From an uncultured Alphaproteobacteria bacterium (GTDB lineage: Bacteria > Pseudomonadota > Alphaproteobacteria > HIMB59 > GCA-002718135), in the NCBI GenBank assembly GCA_902612825.1, contig CACMET010000007.1:2609-66608 (forward strand): a stretch of 64,000 nt of DNA, given 5' to 3'. Within the stretch, counting starts at the first letter, position 1. The number at the start of each line of letters is the position of its first letter. Both the position numbers and the translations under genes were made by a program. The notes beneath the pieces are model-generated. The model was not told where the DNA came from. It saw nothing but the letters and a program-made list of their open reading frames with translations, and did no database searches. Shown one piece after another: positions 41,667-50,704 of the stretch.

Positions 41667-42818
41667 ATGAATGAAACTTTTGATATTTTAATTATTGGTG
41701 GAGGTATTAATGGTGCTGGAATTGTTAGAGATGCATCAGGCAGAAATTTAAAAGTTTGTTTAGTTGAAAAAAACACAGTTGGTTCAGCCACTTCATCTTG
41801 GTCTACAAAATTAATACATGGCGGATTAAGGTATCTTGAAAATTATGAATTTCGCCTTGTACGTGAATCTCTCAAGGAAAGAGAGGTAATTAAAAAAATT
41901 GCCAGTAATATAACAACACCAATACCTTTTATTATACCTTATCAAAAATCTTTAAGACCTAAATGGTTAATTAAATTAGGATTATTTTTATACGATAATC
42001 TTGGTGGTAAAATGACTATACCAAAATCTTCAACTATAAATATTATAAAGGAAATGCCCAACATTTTAAAAGATCAATTTAAAATTGGTTTCCAATATTA
42101 TGATTTACAAGTTGATGATAAAAAACTTGTTCAGTTAAATGTCGAAGATGCAAAGAAAAAAGGTGCTACGATTATTCAAAATAGAAAAGTAATAGATGCA
42201 AAACGAAATAAAAATATTTGGGATATAACTTTAGATGATAATACTATACTTAAATCTAAAATCCTTATAAATGCTGCCGGACCTTGGATAAATGATGTTT
42301 TAAGTAATGTTATTAAGTTAAATTCAAATAAATCAATTCGACTTGTAAAAGGTAGTCACATAATAACTAAAAGTCTTTACAGTCAGAAAAAAGCTTTCAC
42401 TTTACAAAATGAAGATAACAGAATAATTTTTGTTATACCTTATAAAGATGAATATTCTCTTATTGGCACTACCGAAACAGAAGTTTTCTCACCAGAAAAT
42501 CCAAAAATTGATGAAAGTGAAATTCATTATTTATTAAATTCAGTAAATAAATATTTCATTAAACAAATATCGAGAGTTGATGTGGTAAGTTCTTATTCTG
42601 GAATTAGACCACTTATTGAAGATTTCAAAGAAGCTTCTAAAGTTACGAGAGACTATATATTTGATTTAAATGAGGAAGATTCACAGGCACCATTATTAAA
42701 TATATATGGAGGAAAACTAACAACGTATAGAAAGTTAGCTGAAAATGTTCTTTTAACTCTTAATAAACATATTCCAATTAATAAGGAAAATTCTTGGACT
42801 GCTAAACAAAAACTATAA
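41667..42818 (+). CDS. glpD: FAD-dependent glycerol-3-phosphate dehydrogenase (short; lacks the C-terminal domain)
   Basis: GGGINGAG, STKLIHGGLRYLE, KGSH, GIRPL and GGKLTTYR motifs. Confidence 0.8.
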   Translation: MNETFDILIIGGGINGAGIVRDASGRNLKVCLVEKNTVGSATSSWSTKLIHGGLRYLENYEFRLVRESLKEREVIKKIASNITTPIPFIIPYQKSLRPKWLIKLGLFLYDNLGGKMTIPKSSTINIIKEMPNILKDQFKIGFQYYDLQVDDKKLVQLNVEDAKKKGATIIQNRKVIDAKRNKNIWDITLDDNTILKSKILINAAGPWINDVLSNVIKLNSNKSIRLVKGSHIITKSLYSQKKAFTLQNEDNRIIFVIPYKDEYSLIGTTETEVFSPENPKIDESEIHYLLNSVNKYFIKQISRVDVVSSYSGIRPLIEDFKEASKVTRDYIFDLNEEDSQAPLLNIYGGKLTTYRKLAENVLLTLNKHIPINKENSWTAKQKL

Positions 42819-42852
42819 TTGGTATCCCTCTTAAATAACTTTTCAAATTTGG

Positions 42853-42917
42853 TGGGCAGAAAAGTTTTATAAGAGGAATACTTCTTATAGGAGGAAATAA
42901 TATGAACCCTCTGCCCA
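42853..42917 (-). ncRNA. Candidate structured small RNA with an anti-SD loop
   Basis: Outer stem TGGGCAGA/TCTGCCCA extends by G-U pairs on the minus strand; inner hairpin; exposed CAUAUUAUUUCCUCC. Confidence 0.4.
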
Positions 42918-42971
42918 ATAATATTTTAGTTTAAATTTATGATATTTAATGAAAATTTTAAAAAAGGGATG

Positions 42972-42997
42972 TATTGCCCCTTATATTAGGGGCAATA
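42972..42997 (-). terminator. Terminator-like hairpin downstream of aglK
   Basis: TATTGCCCCT-tatatt-AGGGGCAATA, with a T-run shortly after on the minus strand. Confidence 0.65.
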
Positions 42998-43012
42998 ATC
43001 AATACGATTCTA

Positions 43013-44092
43013 TTATTTAAATGCTTGTCCGGAACTATCAAATAATTGGCATCTTCCTGCAGGAAAACCAACTTTTACAGTATCACCAACTTTAATTTCT
43101 GAATGTCCTTCAGTTTCAGCAACTAGTGGCTCTCCATCTTTTTCAAGGTATAGGTAAGTAACGTCACCAAGTTTTTCGACAACAAATACTTTACTCTCCC
43201 AAGATCCATCTGAATCACCATTTACCACTAAGTGCTCTGGTCGAATACCTAGAGTTACTGAGTCACCCTCTGAGGAGGATGCTGACATTTTTGAAACTGA
43301 TATTTTTGACATTCCCATAATATCAACTTCTGTAGCATCAGAACTTTTGCTTAATATCTTACTAGAAATAAAGTTCATCTTTGGTGATCCAATAAATCCA
43401 CCTACGAACATATTATTTGGTCTATCATAAAGTTCGAGCGGGGATCCTTTTTGTGAAACGATACCCGTATCAAGAACAACAATGTCATCAGCTAAAGTCA
43501 TTGCTTCTGTCTGATCGTGTGTAACGTAAATCATTGTTGCTTCTAGTTCATTATGAAGTTTTGCTAATTCAACTCTCATTTGAACCCTTAATGCAGCATC
43601 AAGGTTTGAAAGTGGTTCATCAAATAAGAAAACTTTTGGCTTTCTTGTAATTGCTCTTCCAATAGCAACACGTTGTCTTTGACCACCTGAAAGTTGTTTT
43701 GGCTTTCTTTGAAGATAATCTTCTATTTGAAGAATTCTTGCTGCCTCATTAACTCTTTCATTAATTTCATCTTTTGATCTTTTTTCTAATTTCAAACCAA
43801 AAGCCATGTTATCAAATACAGTCATGTGAGGGTATAAAGCATATGATTGAAACACCATTGCAATATTTCTTTGTTTTGGTGGTAAATCATTAACTACTTG
43901 ACCATCAATTGAAATTGTACCTGAATTTATATCTTCAAGTCCTGCGATCATTCTTAACATAGTTGATTTTCCACAACCACTAGGTCCAACTAGAACTGTG
44001 AACGATTGACTTTTGATATCTAGAGATACGTCTTTAATTACGTGGACGTCTCCAAAATATTTATTAACAGTATTTATATTTATATCTGCCAC
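43013..44092 (-). CDS. aglK: MalK-type sugar ABC ATPase
   Basis: GPSGCGKS, LSGGQRQR and DEPLSNLD motifs; GTG at 44092 preceded by an AAGGAGG SD. Confidence 0.85.
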   Translation of the reverse strand: MADININTVNKYFGDVHVIKDVSLDIKSQSFTVLVGPSGCGKSTMLRMIAGLEDINSGTISIDGQVVNDLPPKQRNIAMVFQSYALYPHMTVFDNMAFGLKLEKRSKDEINERVNEAARILQIEDYLQRKPKQLSGGQRQRVAIGRAITRKPKVFLFDEPLSNLDAALRVQMRVELAKLHNELEATMIYVTHDQTEAMTLADDIVVLDTGIVSQKGSPLELYDRPNNMFVGGFIGSPKMNFISSKILSKSSDATEVDIMGMSKISVSKMSASSSEGDSVTLGIRPEHLVVNGDSDGSWESKVFVVEKLGDVTYLYLEKDGEPLVAETEGHSEIKVGDTVKVGFPAGRCQLFDSSGQAFK

Positions 44093-44194
44093 TTCATCCT
44101 CCTTTGAGCGATCTTTCAAGTGTATGAATACATCATCATACAAATATTAGTTTATTTAACGATAATTTAAAATAAAAATCAATAGTTTTTAATA

Positions 44195-45334
44195 CTATCC
44201 CTTAACTGATCCTGCTACTAATCCTCTTATAAAATATCTCTGAAGGGCAAAAAAGATAAATAAAGGTACTGTCATTGAAACAAACGCTCCAGTTGTCAGT
44301 ATTTCCCAATTTTCTCCCCTTGATCCAAGTAATTCTTTTAGTTTAGCAGTTAAAATTATTTCACTTGGAACCTGGTCTAAGAATACTAGACCTACCAATA
44401 AATCATTCCAGCACCATAAAAATTGCAATATAAATATTGAAGCAAACGCAGGTATTGATAAAGGAATAATAATACGTAAAAAAATATCATAATGAGAAGC
44501 GCCATCAACTTTAGCAGCCTCCATCATTTCATTAGGCAAGCTTTTTAAGAAATTTCTCAATAAGAAAGTAGTCGAAGCTAATCCAAAACCAGTATGTGCC
44601 ATCCATACTCCAGGATATGATTTTGCTGCTACACCAAATAATGCACCAAAATCATTATAGATTGTTAAAATTGGTATTAAAGACATTTGAAGAGGAACAA
44701 CAAGAGAAGCAATTATTATCGCTAAAAGAGTATCTCTTCCATAAAATCTCATCCAAGTTAAAGAATAGGCAAAAAAGGAACATATTATTAATGGTATCAA
44801 CGTTGAAGGTAGGGCAACAGCCATTGTATTTATAAACGCTCTTCCAATTCCTTCTTTGAATAAAACTTCTCTATAATTTTCAAAAGTAAATGAAGGTGGG
44901 CTTAATGATGTAGTAAATAATCTTTTCCCTTTTTTCTTTTGAAATTCACTTTTTGATCTCCATTCATAATTTCCATTCTCATCTAGTATGACTTCACTTT
45001 CATCTTTAAAAATAGCAATATCACCAACCTTGAATTCATTAATTTTTTTTGAATTTATACCAAAGCTTTCAATTTTTTTTCCTGAATTTTCTTCAAATAA
45101 TGTTCCTTTAATTTTAAAATAACCATCTTCCTCAATTTGGGCTTCCATCCCAGGCATTCTATATATTTCATTTATTTCGGTTGTAGTTAAAGATGTCCAC
45201 CAGCCACTTATAGCTAGCAAATCCTTATCTCTTAAAGAACTTATGAAGAGTCCAAATGTCGGAATGATCCATACAATTACAAAAAACAATAATAATAATT
45301 GTGAAAAGATCGATGATAATGAAATTTTCTTCAT
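44195..45334 (-). CDS. aglG: alpha-Glucoside ABC permease
   Basis: SGWW, periplasmic insert, EAAKVDGA, QFLWCWNDLLV and RGLVAGSVKG motifs. Confidence 0.78.
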   Translation of the reverse strand: MKKISLSSIFSQLLLLFFVIVWIIPTFGLFISSLRDKDLLAISGWWTSLTTTEINEIYRMPGMEAQIEEDGYFKIKGTLFEENSGKKIESFGINSKKINEFKVGDIAIFKDESEVILDENGNYEWRSKSEFQKKKGKRLFTTSLSPPSFTFENYREVLFKEGIGRAFINTMAVALPSTLIPLIICSFFAYSLTWMRFYGRDTLLAIIIASLVVPLQMSLIPILTIYNDFGALFGVAAKSYPGVWMAHTGFGLASTTFLLRNFLKSLPNEMMEAAKVDGASHYDIFLRIIIPLSIPAFASIFILQFLWCWNDLLVGLVFLDQVPSEIILTAKLKELLGSRGENWEILTTGAFVSMTVPLFIFFALQRYFIRGLVAGSVKG

Positions 45335-46317
45335 TATATTTTTTGTTCCTGTCGATGTTTATATAAGTTCCAAGCAAGAATAGGTATTACACCAATCATT
45401 ATAACTATAGCTAGTACACTTCCTCTTCCGGAGTCACCTCCACCCCTAAACATCCAATCATACATTAAGTTTGCTAAAACACCTGTTTGCCATTCACCAT
45501 TTGTCATGGCAAAAATAATATCAAAAATTCTTAAGACAATTATTGTTATTAAAGTCCATATAACAAGAATTGTTTGTTCCAAATAAGGTATAATAATAGA
45601 AAAAAATATTTTCAATTCACTAGCCCCATCTATTCTTGCCGCCTCTAACATTTCTTTGGGTATACTTCTCAAAGCTGCACTGAAGATCACAAGTGCTAAT
45701 CCTGTTTGTATCCAAATCATTATAGCCATTAAAAAAAAATTGTTCCAAAATGGTATTGTTACCCATGCTTGAGGTTCATAACCAAATGAAACAATAATGG
45801 CATTTAGAAGACCTATTTGGGTGTCTCCAGGACCTCTGTATTCATAAATAAATTTCCATATTACACCTGCACCCACAAATGAAATTGCCATAGGCATAAA
45901 AATAATTGATTTAGCAATCGAACCCCACCATATGTTATCCGCAAGTTTAGCAATAACTAAACCAAAAAAAGTACTTAAAGTTGGAACAACAAGTAACCAT
46001 ACAAAATTATTTAATATACTTCTTCTAAATTCAGGATCATCAATAGCCCATTTATAATTATATAGACCAACAAATTCTCTTCCAAATTTATCGTAAAAGC
46101 TAAGCCGAACAGTTTCAAAAACTGGATATAAAATAAATACAAATAAAACAATAAAAGCAGGGGCAATAAAAATAATTACTCTTATTGAATTTTCAAAATC
46201 ATATCTTCTTACACTTTTTCCACCATAAGCATCTAGGGCTAAATTAGAAATATGAAAGTAACTTACAAAAAATAATATTCCTAAAAAAACAATGAATAAT
46301 AAATTTAGGATGGTCAT
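45334..46317 (-). CDS. aglF: alpha-Glucoside ABC permease
   Basis: KSIIFMPMAISFVGA..IWKF.Y, QIGLLNA, WIQTG and EAARIDGA motifs. Confidence 0.78.
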   Translation of the reverse strand: MTILNLLFIVFLGILFFVSYFHISNLALDAYGGKSVRRYDFENSIRVIIFIAPAFIVLFVFILYPVFETVRLSFYDKFGREFVGLYNYKWAIDDPEFRRSILNNFVWLLVVPTLSTFFGLVIAKLADNIWWGSIAKSIIFMPMAISFVGAGVIWKFIYEYRGPGDTQIGLLNAIIVSFGYEPQAWVTIPFWNNFFLMAIMIWIQTGLALVIFSAALRSIPKEMLEAARIDGASELKIFFSIIIPYLEQTILVIWTLITIIVLRIFDIIFAMTNGEWQTGVLANLMYDWMFRGGGDSGRGSVLAIVIMIGVIPILAWNLYKHRQEQKI

Positions 46318-46333
46318 TAATGATTAAATATAT

Positions 46334-46373
46334 AAAAAAAACAGGCGAACAAGTTAATTGTTCGCCTGTTTTT
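46334..46373 (-). terminator. Intrinsic terminator or attenuator after aglE
   Basis: AAAAACAGGCGAACAA-loop-TTGTTCGCCTGTTTTT, ending in a T8 tract on the minus strand. Confidence 0.8.
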
Positions 46374-46383
46374 AAGGAGGTAG

Positions 46384-47691
46384 TTACTTAATTGCGTCCC
46401 AACTGTCTTGGATTGCATCAGCAACATCTTTAGCAGATTTTCCATTGGTATAGTCAACCATACCAGTCCAGAAAGTTCCTGCACCAATTGCACCAGGCAT
46501 TAGATCTGATCCATCAAATCTAAATGTAGTTGCTCCTAAAAGTATGTCATGAAGACCCTTAAATGTCTCACTTGAGTATTTATTTTTATCAACGCCTTTA
46601 TGAGGTGTTAAGAAACCACCTTTTTCCATAAATCTTTCATTTGGTTCAGGGTGTAATAAAAATTTCATGAACTCAATAGTTGCAGCATTATCATTTGTTG
46701 CAGCAACAAGAGTACCAGCACCTAGAACTGGCTTTCCAAGATCTTTTCCAGCGAAAGCAGGGAAGTAGAAGAAGTCATAATCAACTCCTGCCTCTGATCC
46801 TTCAGGAAAGAATGCTGGAATAAAACTAGCTTGTCTGTGCATCATACATTCAGCTGGAGATGTAAATAATCCATTTGGAGCATCTCTAAAATCTGTTGTT
46901 GCAACAGCTTTACTTCCACCATTTACATAATCATCATTTAAAGCAAATGAACCAAAAGTATCCATAGCTTCAATTACTCGGGGATCATTAAATGGCATTT
47001 CATTTGAAACCCACATGTCATATACTTCTGGTGAATGAGTTCTAAGCATTATATCTTCCATCCAGTCAGTTGCAGGCCAACCAGTAGCTGCACCAGAACC
47101 GAGACCAATACACCAAGGTGTATTACCATCTGATGCCATTTGATCAGTTAAAGCAATTAATTCTTCCATTGTTCCTGGAATTTCATAACCATTATCTTCA
47201 AAGTTATCTGGAGAGTACCAAACTAAACTTTTTACATTGACTCTAAAAAATACACCCATGAATTGATCTGTACCATTTTCATCTGCATATGTTGTTAGAT
47301 CTACCCAAGATTGTCCAGCAGCGTAATCATCTAAAACCATTTGTTTTATATCATCACCAAGAGGAACCAATCCTCCCATAGCTGCAGCGTTAGCTGCTAA
47401 TCCAGGTTGCGGGAATATAACTGCATCTGCAGCACTTCCAGCCTTTAAGTCTATCATAACCTGTTGCTCAAAACTGTCAGAGCCACCGTATTCAACAGTT
47501 GCTCCAGTTGCTTTTTCAAAGATTGAAACAACATCTCTAAAGTCATCATCTTGTGGTGCTAACCATGGACCAAAAACAGTAATTTTTTGCCCGCTTAAAT
47601 CTGGTCCTGTATAGTGTCCACCAGCAGTAGCTGAAAAACTTAAAAGAAATGTTGAAATAGATAAAAATAAAATTTTAAAAATATTTTTCAT
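46384..47691 (-). CDS. aglE: alpha-Glucoside (trehalose/sucrose/glucosylglycerol) ABC solute-binding protein
   Basis: PQPGL, KSLVWY, PWCIGLGSGAATGWPATDW.ED and FRFDGSDLMP motifs of the AglE/GgtB family. Confidence 0.82.
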   Translation of the reverse strand: MKNIFKILFLSISTFLLSFSATAGGHYTGPDLSGQKITVFGPWLAPQDDDFRDVVSIFEKATGATVEYGGSDSFEQQVMIDLKAGSAADAVIFPQPGLAANAAAMGGLVPLGDDIKQMVLDDYAAGQSWVDLTTYADENGTDQFMGVFFRVNVKSLVWYSPDNFEDNGYEIPGTMEELIALTDQMASDGNTPWCIGLGSGAATGWPATDWMEDIMLRTHSPEVYDMWVSNEMPFNDPRVIEAMDTFGSFALNDDYVNGGSKAVATTDFRDAPNGLFTSPAECMMHRQASFIPAFFPEGSEAGVDYDFFYFPAFAGKDLGKPVLGAGTLVAATNDNAATIEFMKFLLHPEPNERFMEKGGFLTPHKGVDKNKYSSETFKGLHDILLGATTFRFDGSDLMPGAIGAGTFWTGMVDYTNGKSAKDVADAIQDSWDAIK

Positions 47692-47738
47692 TATTCCTCC
47701 ATATTTTCAATAAGATAAAATATATAGTATCATATTTT

Positions 47739-47760
47739 ACCAAAACGTTTTGGTTGTCAA
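47739..47760. promoter_or_regulatory. LacI-type operator next to a -35 element for aglE
   Basis: Perfect 16-bp palindrome ACCAAAACGTTTTGGT (47739-47754) with central CG, abutting TTGACA on the minus strand (47760-47755), between aglE and the LacI gene. Confidence 0.75.
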
Positions 47761-47788
47761 TTCATTATTTCTCAGTTATTCATGTATT

Positions 47789-48808
47789 ATGAACATTAAA
47801 GAATTGGCAAAAAAACTAGGTTTATCAATAACCACAGTTTCAAGAGCCCTTGGAGGCTATTCAGACGTTAGTGAAAAAACTAGAGAAAGAGTGAAAAAAT
47901 ATGCCAATAAATATCAATATAGTCCAAACCCATACGCGAGTACTCTAGCATCTGGAAAAGTAAAAACTGTTGGATATGTTCTTCCAATTTATGGAGAAAA
48001 TACAAGTACTCTGAATCAGGGAAATTTTTTTCTTTTTATTTCAGGTATGTCAGAAGAATTACTTTCAGAGAGTATACAACTTCAGATTTTATTTGCAAAA
48101 AGTGAGAGAGAAGAATTAACAGCTTATGAAAAACTAATAACTGAACATAAAATTAAGAATATTGTATTACAAAATATAAAGACAAATGATAAACGTATAG
48201 AGATTCTTAATAACTACAATATAAATTTTGTAGCTTGGGGAAAAACAAAAGAAAAAAGAAACTATTCTTGGGTAGATTTAGATAATGATAATGCAATAAA
48301 AATAATTATAAATTATTTAATCAAAAAAAATCATACTCATATTGCATATATAAATATTTCAGAAAAATATAATTTTGCAAATGAGCGTAAATCATCTTTT
48401 CTCAAAAATTTAAAATTAAATAATATAAAATTTAATCCAAATTACTATGCTTCAGTAAAACTGGAAGAACCAGAAAAAAGTTTTGAAGTAATAAAAAAAA
48501 TGCTTAAAAAAAATAAAAAAATCTCTGCAATAATTTGTTCAACAGAATTTTCAGCATTAAGTGCAATAAAAGCATGTAATCATTTAAATTATAAAATTGG
48601 AAAAGATATATCTATTATTACTTTTGACGGTGCTCTAGTTAAAGATTTGAGCTCACCCCCAATAACTGCTGTATCTTTTCCAGTAAAAGAATTAGGTAAA
48701 AGAGCAATAAATATTTTGCTAAATAAAGGTAAAAGTAAAAACGAATCAGATAGCTATTTAGCAAAGACAGAAATTATTGAAAGAGGCTCTGTCCATATTG
48801 TAAGTTAA
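47789..48808 (+). CDS. aglR: LacI-family regulator
   Basis: MNIKELAKKLGLSITTVSRAL HTH; divergent from aglE. Confidence 0.82.
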   Translation: MNIKELAKKLGLSITTVSRALGGYSDVSEKTRERVKKYANKYQYSPNPYASTLASGKVKTVGYVLPIYGENTSTLNQGNFFLFISGMSEELLSESIQLQILFAKSEREELTAYEKLITEHKIKNIVLQNIKTNDKRIEILNNYNINFVAWGKTKEKRNYSWVDLDNDNAIKIIINYLIKKNHTHIAYINISEKYNFANERKSSFLKNLKLNNIKFNPNYYASVKLEEPEKSFEVIKKMLKKNKKISAIICSTEFSALSAIKACNHLNYKIGKDISIITFDGALVKDLSSPPITAVSFPVKELGKRAINILLNKGKSKNESDSYLAKTEIIERGSVHIVS

Positions 48809-48825
48809 AATAATTTTTTGTTATT

Positions 48826-49821
48826 TTAAGAAGCAATTTCTTTGCGAATGTAATAACTATTATCTTTATGTTGTTTTATTATGGCCGGTATTATTTCTTT
48901 ATAAGCATCAAATAAGCTAGTGTTTGCTTTAGGTAGCTGATCTTTTATTAACTTACTTAGTTTTGGTAAATTATAAGAGGGTACAGATGGGAACATATGA
49001 TGTTCAACATGATATTCCATGTGCCAATATAAAAAGCTAAATATAGGATTAAAACGTACTGATCTAGTTGTGTATCTATGATCTTTAATATCTTCAGGAA
49101 GTCCTAGATGCTGAGTCATATTAAATATGTTGATGATGTTACCCCAGTATCTTGGGAAGAATATTAATAGTGCCGGAAGAGGGTTCATTAAATAGAATGA
49201 TAAAGCAAAGGATGCAACCCATAATAAAACATGTATTCTAGAAATGAGTCGGCATTTGCCAATTTCATTTTGAGGTATACAATCTCTCATAACAGGAGTG
49301 GTAAATCCTAATGCATGTTTTATGATTTCGTATTTAAATGAATGTTTAAAATATATTAGTTCGTAAAAAGGAACAAAACTAAATAAAAAACTTTTTAAGC
49401 TTGGGTATTGATGAAATAAAGCAGCTTCGAAATCATGAGGATCACTAACTGAGGACGTGTTACTGTGATGTCTGAAATGACTCCAAGTCCATCTTGTGGG
49501 TTCAAAGTCAGTCATGAAGGAACCAATTTGGTAAAAAATTTCATTTAAATACTTCGACTTAAATGCCGTTCTATGACCGCACTCATGCCAAATTGGATTA
49601 CTAGAATAAAAAAGAACACCATAAAGCCATAACCACAAGACTGTCCACCAAGTCCCCCATGTTGTTACTGACATGTAACCAAAGAAAAATAAAAGAATGA
49701 AATACAGGGTTACGTGTTGTATGCCTTTTAAATCACTTTTTTTTGATAGTTGTTTCAGATCTTTTTTACTTATTTCAGCTCTAAACCACTTATCATCAAC
49801 ATTATCAAGTTTATCTACCAT
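48826..49821 (-). CDS. Membrane di-iron desaturase/hydroxylase-superfamily enzyme, MocD-like
   Basis: His boxes WHECGH.TAF, SHFRHH and YHVEHHMFP; QH.GL...DHR..TRSVR.NP. Confidence 0.8.
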   Translation of the reverse strand: MVDKLDNVDDKWFRAEISKKDLKQLSKKSDLKGIQHVTLYFILLFFFGYMSVTTWGTWWTVLWLWLYGVLFYSSNPIWHECGHRTAFKSKYLNEIFYQIGSFMTDFEPTRWTWSHFRHHSNTSSVSDPHDFEAALFHQYPSLKSFLFSFVPFYELIYFKHSFKYEIIKHALGFTTPVMRDCIPQNEIGKCRLISRIHVLLWVASFALSFYLMNPLPALLIFFPRYWGNIINIFNMTQHLGLPEDIKDHRYTTRSVRFNPIFSFLYWHMEYHVEHHMFPSVPSYNLPKLSKLIKDQLPKANTSLFDAYKEIIPAIIKQHKDNSYYIRKEIAS

Positions 49822-49982
49822 ATCTATTTATACTATTAATATGAGAACATTTTAATATAAAAATGGATATTTTTTGTCACAATTAAGAAATTAGATGAAA
49901 AATAAAATTTATGGATCTAATATCAGTTTTCCAAATTTATTGATTTTTTCTGTCTTTTTAGTTACGATATTTAAATTCCATT

Positions 49983-50702
49983 ATGAAAATCAATAAAAAA
50001 AGTTTTGAGGAAAATGGCTATTTAGTGCTTCCCGATATTATTTCAAAATCTACATTATCTAAGCTCAACAAAAATGCTGATCAAATGATAAGTGATTTTA
50101 AAAAAGGTATTAATAGAAAACAATCAAATAATATTAGAAAAAAGCATGGTGATATCAGTAAAAATGGAAAAATTTTTTTTGGTAACCAGTGCGAATATTA
50201 TTCACATATAAATGCATATGCAAAGGGAAAGTTTGTAAAAAATATAGTTTCAAAAATATTGGGAAAGAAAATTTTTTTATTTAATGAACAACTGGTAAAT
50301 AAAAATCCAAACACACCTAGTTCTTTTAGTTGGCATCAAGATTCAGGCTATATTCATTTTAAACATAAACCCTACATATCGGTTTGGCTTGCCTTAACTG
50401 ATACAAATGAAAAAAATGGAGCTTTGAGTATTATTCCCACAAATTTAAAAAAAACTAAAAATGCAAAACTACATAGATGGCAAAACAAATCAAAGGATTT
50501 AGGAATCAAAGTTAATGAAAAAAAAGCAATTCAGCTTTGTGTTAGTGCTGGAACATTAATAATTTTTTCAAGTTTAACTCCTCATTCATCTAGTGCCAAT
50601 ATTACAAAAAAAAATCGGAAAGCATATTTATCTCAATACTCCTCTGAAAATATTATTGATCCTTTCAATGGTATTCAAAGAGGAAGAGCATATTTGATGT
50701 AA
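49983..50702 (+). CDS. PhyH-family Fe(II)/2OG dioxygenase
   Basis: F.ENGYLV, WHQD, WLAL.D...NGAL and TPHSS..N....R motifs. Confidence 0.82.
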   Translation: MKINKKSFEENGYLVLPDIISKSTLSKLNKNADQMISDFKKGINRKQSNNIRKKHGDISKNGKIFFGNQCEYYSHINAYAKGKFVKNIVSKILGKKIFLFNEQLVNKNPNTPSSFSWHQDSGYIHFKHKPYISVWLALTDTNEKNGALSIIPTNLKKTKNAKLHRWQNKSKDLGIKVNEKKAIQLCVSAGTLIIFSSLTPHSSSANITKKNRKAYLSQYSSENIIDPFNGIQRGRAYLM

Positions 50703-50704
50703 AT

